Source of the DNA: Candidatus Latescibacterota bacterium
Lineage (GTDB): Bacteria > Latescibacterota > UBA2968 > UBA8231
NCBI GenBank assembly: GCA_965242865.1
Contig: CBDETK010000013.1
Location: 1,472,001 to 1,536,000 of the forward strand
Length of the DNA: 64,000 bases
Reading direction: 5' to 3'
Shown here: positions 58,472 through 64,000 of the stretch, piece by piece
Layout: every line of letters starts with the position of its first letter
Position numbering within the stretch: position 1 is the stretch's first letter
Made by a program: the position numbers and the translations under genes
The notes under the pieces: model-generated
Database searches by the model: none
Seen by the model: the letters and a program-made list of their open reading frames with translations, nothing else
What the model was told of the DNA's origin: nothing

Positions 58472-58861
58472 ATGAGCACAAAACGCGCCTTCATCAGTTT
58501 CGACTTCGACCACGACGCAGAGCTACGCGATGCCTTAGTGGGTCAAGCGAAAAATCCTGATTCGCCATTCGAGATTGTAGATTATTCCGTGCAGGAACCA
58601 TTCGCCGAAAAATGGAAGAATGAGGTGAGAGAACGCATACGCAAGACAGACCTTACCATTGTCATTTGCGGCGAACATACCCACGATGCAAAGGGTGTGG
58701 CTGCTGAGCTAACCATCACCCAAGAAGAACAGAAGCCATATTTTTTGCTATGGGGACGCCCCAAGAAGGTATGTCATAAACCTGCCATGGCGCATCGTTC
58801 AGACAAAGTTTACGAGTGGACGTGGAGTAATCTGAAGCAATTGATCGCGGGAGAGCGGTAG
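58472..58861 (+). CDS. TIR-like (MTH538/DUF1863, ThsB-like) protein
   Basis: RAFISFDFDHD, DYSV.EP, IVICG..T...GV..E (catalytic Glu), WT..NL. Confidence 0.88.
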   Translation: MSTKRAFISFDFDHDAELRDALVGQAKNPDSPFEIVDYSVQEPFAEKWKNEVRERIRKTDLTIVICGEHTHDAKGVAAELTITQEEQKPYFLLWGRPKKVCHKPAMAHRSDKVYEWTWSNLKQLIAGER

Positions 58862-58869
58862 CCGAGCCC

Positions 58870-58898
58870 TTGACAGATTCCAATGCGGCCCTTTTAAT
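58870..58898 (+). promoter_or_regulatory. Putative sigma70 promoter of the B12 operon
   Basis: TTGACA-N17-TTTAAT. Confidence 0.6.
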
Positions 58899-58916
58899 AG
58901 CTCCAGCAAACAACGG

Positions 58917-59098
58917 CGCAGGTGTCCGCTGCCGAGGGCAGCGGGAGAATAGGGAAGGCAGTGCAAATCTGCCGCGGTCCCGCCACTGTGACCGGTTGAC
59001 GGCCCACCGGCCGTCGCGTCCCCGGCATCAGCCACTGATCATTTAGATCGGGAAGGAGCCGGGCGGCACATAACCGGAAGTCAGGAGACCTGCCTGCG
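58917..59098 (+). ncRNA. Cobalamin riboswitch
   Basis: AGGTG...AATAGGGAA...GTGCAAATC...CCCGCCACTGT...GCCACTG...GGGAAG...AGTCAGGAGACCTGCC (B12 box); upstream of a TonB-dependent receptor. Confidence 0.93.
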
Positions 59099-59141
59099 AC
59101 CGAGGTGAACGACACCCTTCGGTAGAAAGGTTGGTCCACCG

Positions 59142-61400
59142 GTGCCCAGCACGAGCACCCCGACCCGCTCTTATTCGAGGGCGGGCTTTTTTATTGTCTC
59201 CCTCTTACTGGCCCTGCATCCCGCAGCGAGCTGGGCCGGCTCCCTACAGGGCCGGTTGCTCGACTCAGACGCGGGCCGCCCGGTGGCCGGTGCGGCATTG
59301 ACCCTGAGTGCCGCATCCGGCGCAGTCCATGTCGTCCGCAGCGATGCGACCGGCGCCTTCCAGCTCGAAAATCTGTCGATCGGCACTTGGGATTTGCGCG
59401 TGGAACGGCTGGGCTACCGGCCCCTGCAAGGCCCCATCGAAATCGGCGCGGCCCCCACTTGGGTCGAGTTGCACCTGCACGCCCTGCCCATGCTCATAGA
59501 CGAGTTGGTGGTCCGCGCCCGCCGCGACCCCGCGGGCAAGCACATTGCCGCCTTCGTCGAAACCATCGACTTGAGCGGCCCGCAAGCCCCCAGCGTGGAT
59601 CTAGCGCAGATTCTCGACCGAGCGACCGGCGTCAACGTCCGCCGCTACGGCGGGTTGGGCAGTTTTAGCACCCTTTCCATTCGCGGGTCCACGGCCGAAC
59701 AGGTGCAGGTTTTTCTCGATGGGGTGCCGCTCAACTCGGCGGTGGGCGGTGGCGTGGATCTGGGGGGGTTGCCCATCGGCGGCGTCGAAAGCGTCGATGT
59801 ATATCGGGGAGCGGTGCCGGCGCGCTTTGGTGGCAACAGCATCGGCGGCGTGGTCCACATCCGCACGCAGCCCCTCGGGGGCGAGCTCCGCACGCGCTTG
59901 CACACGGCCTCCGGTTCGCACGGCACCCGCCAACTGGGCGCTTCGCTCAGCGGCCCTTATAGGGGTTGGGAGTACTTGGGCTTGGTCAACTACCGGGCCA
60001 ACCGCAACGACTTCCGCTTTTGGGACGACAACGGCACCGAGTACAACGCCCAAGACGACGGCTGGGCGCGGCGGCTCAACAGCGATTTTCGCGGCGTGCG
60101 CGGCTTGGCCAAAATCGGGCGCACCTTGGGGGCCAGCCGCTTGCAGATTCACAATACCTTTGACCTGAGCTACAAAGGCATCCCCGGCCTCGGCAACAAC
60201 CAGTCCCGGCACACTCGCTACGATACTTGGCGTCACATCGCCGAAGCGGCGCTCTTCGGCCCGCTGGGGCTTGACCGCGCTGGGTATCGGCTCAAAGCCC
60301 ACTTCTCGCACGAAAAAGACGAGTACCGGGACCGGCACGGCGAAGTGGGCTTGGGCCGCCAGCACGACCGCAACGTCACCGAGAGCGTGGGCTTGCGCGG
60401 CGAAGCGAATGCCCTGCTGCCCGGCCAGTCCCTGCTCACCGCCTTTGTCGCGGCCCGGCGCGAAGCCTTCGCGCCCGACGACTTGCTCCGGCCCGCCAGC
60501 CGGCTCTTGCGCAGCCGCCGCCAAGCGTTGGCCATCGGCACCGAGGTGGCGGTGCCGTTGGGACCGCGCTTGACCGTCAATGCCGGGGCGCAGGCAGAAA
60601 GGCGCGCCGACCGCTTTTTTGATCGGAAAGATTTTGCGCCGAGCGCGGCGTTGCCGAGCCGAGACAACGGCGCAATCCTGTGGGGCTATCGCGTCGGCGC
60701 GACCTTGGACTTGGGCGCGGGCTGGGCCTTCAAGGGCCACAACGGCCGCTATCAGCGCGCGCCGAATTTCTTTGAACTCTTCGGCGACCGGGGCGCGGTG
60801 ATCGGCAATACCGACCTCGCCAGCGAAGAAGGGCACCACTGGGATTGGGGCGTGGTGTTCCGCGGCTCGGCCGATGGAGCGGGGCTGGCCTTGGCCGAGG
60901 TCGCGTACTACCGCAAGCGCGTCGATGATCTCATTCGCTTTGTGCAAAACTCGCAACGGGTGTCGCGGCCCCACAACTTGGGTCGCGCCCTGCTGCGCGG
61001 CGTGGAGACGCGGGTCGAGGCGCGGTTGTTGCGGCTGGTGCTGCGCGGCAATTACGCGTACCAGCGCGCTGAAAACCGCACCCCGTTCTCTTTTGAACGG
61101 GGCAACGACCTGCCCAACGCGCCGCGCCATCGGCTCTATATGCGCGTCTCCCTCGACCTAGCACGTGCGGAGCTCTACGGCGAATTCAGCCGCGAGAGCC
61201 GGCATTTCCTCGACCGGGCCAATCTGCGCCCCGTGCCCGTCCGCGCCCTCTACCATGTCGGCGGCCGGGTGCCGCTCGTCGCAGCCTGCTCCTTGGCTTG
61301 GGAGCTGCGCAACCTGACCGACAATCAAGTAGCCGATCTGTGGGGCTACCCCCTGCCGGGCCGCTCCTACGGGCTTTCCGTGCATTATGCTACGCACTAA
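59142..61400 (+). CDS. btuB: TonB-dependent receptor, probably for cobalamin
   Basis: Carboxypeptidase-regulatory-like N-domain, plug SIRGS...DGVPL...VYRG, C-terminal NL.D...GYPLPGRS; riboswitch context. Confidence 0.85.
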   Translation: MPSTSTPTRSYSRAGFFIVSLLLALHPAASWAGSLQGRLLDSDAGRPVAGAALTLSAASGAVHVVRSDATGAFQLENLSIGTWDLRVERLGYRPLQGPIEIGAAPTWVELHLHALPMLIDELVVRARRDPAGKHIAAFVETIDLSGPQAPSVDLAQILDRATGVNVRRYGGLGSFSTLSIRGSTAEQVQVFLDGVPLNSAVGGGVDLGGLPIGGVESVDVYRGAVPARFGGNSIGGVVHIRTQPLGGELRTRLHTASGSHGTRQLGASLSGPYRGWEYLGLVNYRANRNDFRFWDDNGTEYNAQDDGWARRLNSDFRGVRGLAKIGRTLGASRLQIHNTFDLSYKGIPGLGNNQSRHTRYDTWRHIAEAALFGPLGLDRAGYRLKAHFSHEKDEYRDRHGEVGLGRQHDRNVTESVGLRGEANALLPGQSLLTAFVAARREAFAPDDLLRPASRLLRSRRQALAIGTEVAVPLGPRLTVNAGAQAERRADRFFDRKDFAPSAALPSRDNGAILWGYRVGATLDLGAGWAFKGHNGRYQRAPNFFELFGDRGAVIGNTDLASEEGHHWDWGVVFRGSADGAGLALAEVAYYRKRVDDLIRFVQNSQRVSRPHNLGRALLRGVETRVEARLLRLVLRGNYAYQRAENRTPFSFERGNDLPNAPRHRLYMRVSLDLARAELYGEFSRESRHFLDRANLRPVPVRALYHVGGRVPLVAACSLAWELRNLTDNQVADLWGYPLPGRSYGLSVHYATH
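59164..59192 (+). terminator. Terminator-like hairpin, likely riboswitch expression platform
   Basis: CCCGCTCTT-ATTC-GAGGGCGGG followed by CTTTTTT. Confidence 0.6.
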
Positions 61401-61446
61401 GCCTGCAAGGGATGTCCCTAACCATTAACCGCTTAGGAGGATTTTC

Positions 61447-62910
61447 ATGTATCGCAATTTCTCGTGGCTGGATTCCCGCGTTCGCGGGAATGACAAAAAT
61501 ATCTCGTCTCGCGTTTCCGTTTTGGCCGGCGTTCTCTTGTGGCTGGCGAATTCGGCCGGGGCGCGGAGCGATCTCTTTGTCCTCACCACGGACTTTTCTA
61601 CCGGCAGCACGGCCTTTTTGGCGGCGGATGCGGCCGAGGCCGAGGTGAATGTGTTGGGCATCCACTCGGATGCGGTGGGGCACTACCACGACGGGCGCGT
61701 CTATATCGTCAATCGCTTGGGCCAAGACAATATCTTGGTGCTGGACGCGCTGGATTGGCGCGTTCCGCTGGCTCAGTTTTCAGTGGGCAATGGGGCCAAT
61801 CCGCACGACATCGAAATTGTCGCCCCGGACAAAGCCTACGTTTCGCGCTACGACGCGGCATCCCTGCTGATCGTCAATCCCCAAACCGGAGCGGAATGGG
61901 GCGAAATTGATCTGAGTGCTTTTGCGGACGCCGATGGCCTGCCCGAGGTGTCGCAAATCGTCCGCGTCGGCGACCGGCTGTACTTGAGCTGCCAACGCCT
62001 CGACCGCAACAGCGGGTGGGGGCCGGTCGACGTCAGCTATCTGATCGTCGTCGAGCTGGCCAGCGATACCCTCGTGGACCTGGACCCGGACGCCGAGGGG
62101 GTGCAAGGGATTGCCCTGAGCGCGGCCAATCCCAACAGCATGGTCGCGGTCGGCGAGCAGATCGCCGTGGGAGTCGTGGCCCATTTCGGCGACCGGTCCG
62201 GCGGCGTGGAAATCGTCGATGCGGGCACCAACCGCAGCCTCGGACTGGCCGTCAGCGAGGAGGACTTGGGCGGCGACATCACGTCCATGGTGCTGGTCGA
62301 TCAAAACCGGGGCTATGCCGTGGTCGCGGACGAGAACTTCGCCAACAGCGTCCGGCCCTTTGCGTTGTCCAGCGGGGTTGTGGGGCCGCCCCTAGAAAAC
62401 ATCAGCGGCGGTTTTATCCCCAGCTTGGCGGTAGATGGCGACCGCTTGGTCGTGGCCGACCGCGGCTCGTTTGCCGACCCAGCCAGCGCCGGGCTAAAAT
62501 TCTACGACGCGGCCACGGGCGCGTTTTTGCGCGGCCCCATTGACACGGGCCTGCCGCCGGCGAATATCGTGGTTCTGAGCGATGCGCCCGTGCCGACGGC
62601 CGTAGAGGCGACCGTCGACGGCTTGCCGCGGGAGTTCGCTTTGGCCGCGGCCTATCCCAATCCCTTCAACGCCGCAGTGCAAATTCCCTTTGCGGTTTGG
62701 CAGGCCAACACCCCGGTCGTCCTGACCGTCCACGACGTCTTGGGGCGCACCATCCGCACCTTGGCGGCCGGCCCGGTCGCGGCCGGGCGACACGTGCTCC
62801 GCTGGGATGGCCGCAATGCCGCGGGGGAGCCGGTGGGCAGCGGCGCGTATTTGGTGCAGTTGCGCGCCGGCGGTCACCGCGCTGTGGGCAAGGTGATGTT
62901 GATCAAATGA
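61447..62910 (+). CDS. Secreted beta-propeller protein (YncE/BtuG-like) with C-terminal FlgD Ig domain
   Basis: GANPHDI...KAYVSRY propeller motifs; C-terminal AYPNPFN...DVLGR..RTL...WDGRN..G..VGSGAY; REP at 61468-61494 within the N-terminus. Confidence 0.8.
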   Translation: MYRNFSWLDSRVRGNDKNISSRVSVLAGVLLWLANSAGARSDLFVLTTDFSTGSTAFLAADAAEAEVNVLGIHSDAVGHYHDGRVYIVNRLGQDNILVLDALDWRVPLAQFSVGNGANPHDIEIVAPDKAYVSRYDAASLLIVNPQTGAEWGEIDLSAFADADGLPEVSQIVRVGDRLYLSCQRLDRNSGWGPVDVSYLIVVELASDTLVDLDPDAEGVQGIALSAANPNSMVAVGEQIAVGVVAHFGDRSGGVEIVDAGTNRSLGLAVSEEDLGGDITSMVLVDQNRGYAVVADENFANSVRPFALSSGVVGPPLENISGGFIPSLAVDGDRLVVADRGSFADPASAGLKFYDAATGAFLRGPIDTGLPPANIVVLSDAPVPTAVEATVDGLPREFALAAAYPNPFNAAVQIPFAVWQANTPVVLTVHDVLGRTIRTLAAGPVAAGRHVLRWDGRNAAGEPVGSGAYLVQLRAGGHRAVGKVMLIK

Positions 62911-63000
62911 AAGGTCTAAGTACGCGACCCTTGCTTTGCGTCCGGGATCCTTCGGAAAACGGAAGGCTGGGGTCGGGTAACAAAATGAAAGGCAACCAAC

Positions 63001-63561
63001 ATGGTTACGCTGTCTAAGCTCTACACCAAGACAGGCGATGGCGGGATGACGCGGTTGGGCGATGGGTCGCAAGTACCCAAGACGAGTGCCCGCATCGCGG
63101 CTTACGGGTGCGTAGATGAGCTGAACTCGGTGATCGGGTTGGCCCGGGCCAGCGGGGCGGCGCACGACGACGTCCTCGCCCGAGTGCAAAACGATCTCTT
63201 CGACTTGGGGGCCGATTTGTGCGTCCCGCCAGCGGATGAAGAGCGTCTGCGCGTCCAGCCGCAGCAGGTCCTTTTTCTAGAACAGCAAATCGACCAACTC
63301 ACGCGCGACTTGGCCCCCTTGCGGAGCTTTGTCTTGCCCGGGGGGCGGCTCCCGGCCGCTTGGCTCCACTTGGCGCGGACGGTGTGTCGGCGCGCCGAAT
63401 GCGCCACTTGGCAACTGGCCGAGCAAGAGCGGGTCGGCCCGCTAGTTTGCCAGTATCTCAATCGGCTTTCCGACTTGCTGTTTGCCATGGCGCGGGCGGC
63501 CAACGACGGCGGGGAAGCGGATGTGTTGTGGGATCCGGGGAAGGGGGCGGCCGATGCGTAA
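63001..63561 (+). CDS. pduO: Cob(I)alamin adenosyltransferase, PduO type
   Basis: YTKTGDGG, YG.VDELNS, QNDLFDLGADL, FVLPGG, ART.CRRAE, YLNRLSDLLF. Confidence 0.93.
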   Translation: MVTLSKLYTKTGDGGMTRLGDGSQVPKTSARIAAYGCVDELNSVIGLARASGAAHDDVLARVQNDLFDLGADLCVPPADEERLRVQPQQVLFLEQQIDQLTRDLAPLRSFVLPGGRLPAAWLHLARTVCRRAECATWQLAEQERVGPLVCQYLNRLSDLLFAMARAANDGGEADVLWDPGKGAADA

Positions 63562-64000
63562 GGCGTGTTTTTGGGCGTGGCTGGCCCTCGCCGTGGCCGC
63601 CAACAGCGAGCCTTACGGTCCGGCCAAGGACTACTTTCCCCACAAGGCCGAGCTGCAATACGCCGAGCGGTTTGCGATTGAATACTTTGCCAACTACAAA
63701 GTGGTCACCGTGCATACGCCGTGGCCCGGGGCGCAAGAAGCTGTTCGGTATGTGCTCGTTCAGCGCGGCACACCCGCACCGGCTGGGTACGCTGGCGTTC
63801 AGCGCATTGAAGTGCCCGTCCAACGCCTCGCGGCCCTATCGACGACCCAGTTGCCGCACCTCGAATTGCTCAACGCGCTCGACGCCTTGGTCGCGGTCAG
63901 CGCCATTGAGATGGTGCATTCGCCCGGCGTCAATCAGCGGTTTGCGGCCGGCAAAATCGCCGAAATTGGCCACGGCGCTGGCATCAATCTCGAGGTCGTG
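63554..64000 (+). CDS. ABC transporter substrate-binding protein (B12/Fe-siderophore type), partial
   Basis: ATG 63554 overlaps the pduO stop; MRKACF...YAERFAIEY...YKVVTV..PW...PVQRLAALSTT; runs off the window. Confidence 0.8.
   Translation, partial: MRKACFWAWLALAVAANSEPYGPAKDYFPHKAELQYAERFAIEYFANYKVVTVHTPWPGAQEAVRYVLVQRGTPAPAGYAGVQRIEVPVQRLAALSTTQLPHLELLNALDALVAVSAIEMVHSPGVNQRFAAGKIAEIGHGAGINLEVV

Noticed and set aside
62915-62980. Structured RNA upstream of pduO
   Set aside because: A hairpin is possible but no recognisable riboswitch motifs; insufficient evidence.

Overview
GC-rich bacterial chromosome segment. FlgD-Ig C-terminal domains, a 'SWGRLKARL' C-terminal tail, YWTD/PD40 propellers, PhyH and Gfo/Idh/MocA genes suggest a Latescibacterota/FCB-type organism, possibly a sponge symbiont (inference). 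Housekeeping and metabolic genes (guaA, tyrS, tRNA-Val, acs, manA, glycogen debranching enzyme, a cobalamin-riboswitch-controlled B12 uptake operon) are interleaved with lower-GC accessory blocks. These include three toxin-antitoxin loci (MNT-HEPN, a three-gene RES locus, HicBA) and a two-part defence island at about 23.9-36.4 kb and 41.4-50.2 kb. The island carries a GHKL-nuclease + C5 MTase pair, a split SIR2 + large STAND NTPase, a type ISP/IIG-like RM enzyme, an ABC-ATPase + TOPRIM pair and a type III RM system. A separate trypsin-like protease + TIR (ThsB-like) pair lies at 57.6-58.9 kb. Highlights not in the ORF track are a Tyr-rich leader peptide with a 1:2/2:3/3:4 attenuator upstream of tyrS, three tandem secreted stand-alone Cache proteins, several MITE types with different ends carrying the same 27-bp hairpin, REP insertions inside coding sequences, and a head-to-head deletion scar. 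All family assignments come from motif recognition, not database searches.
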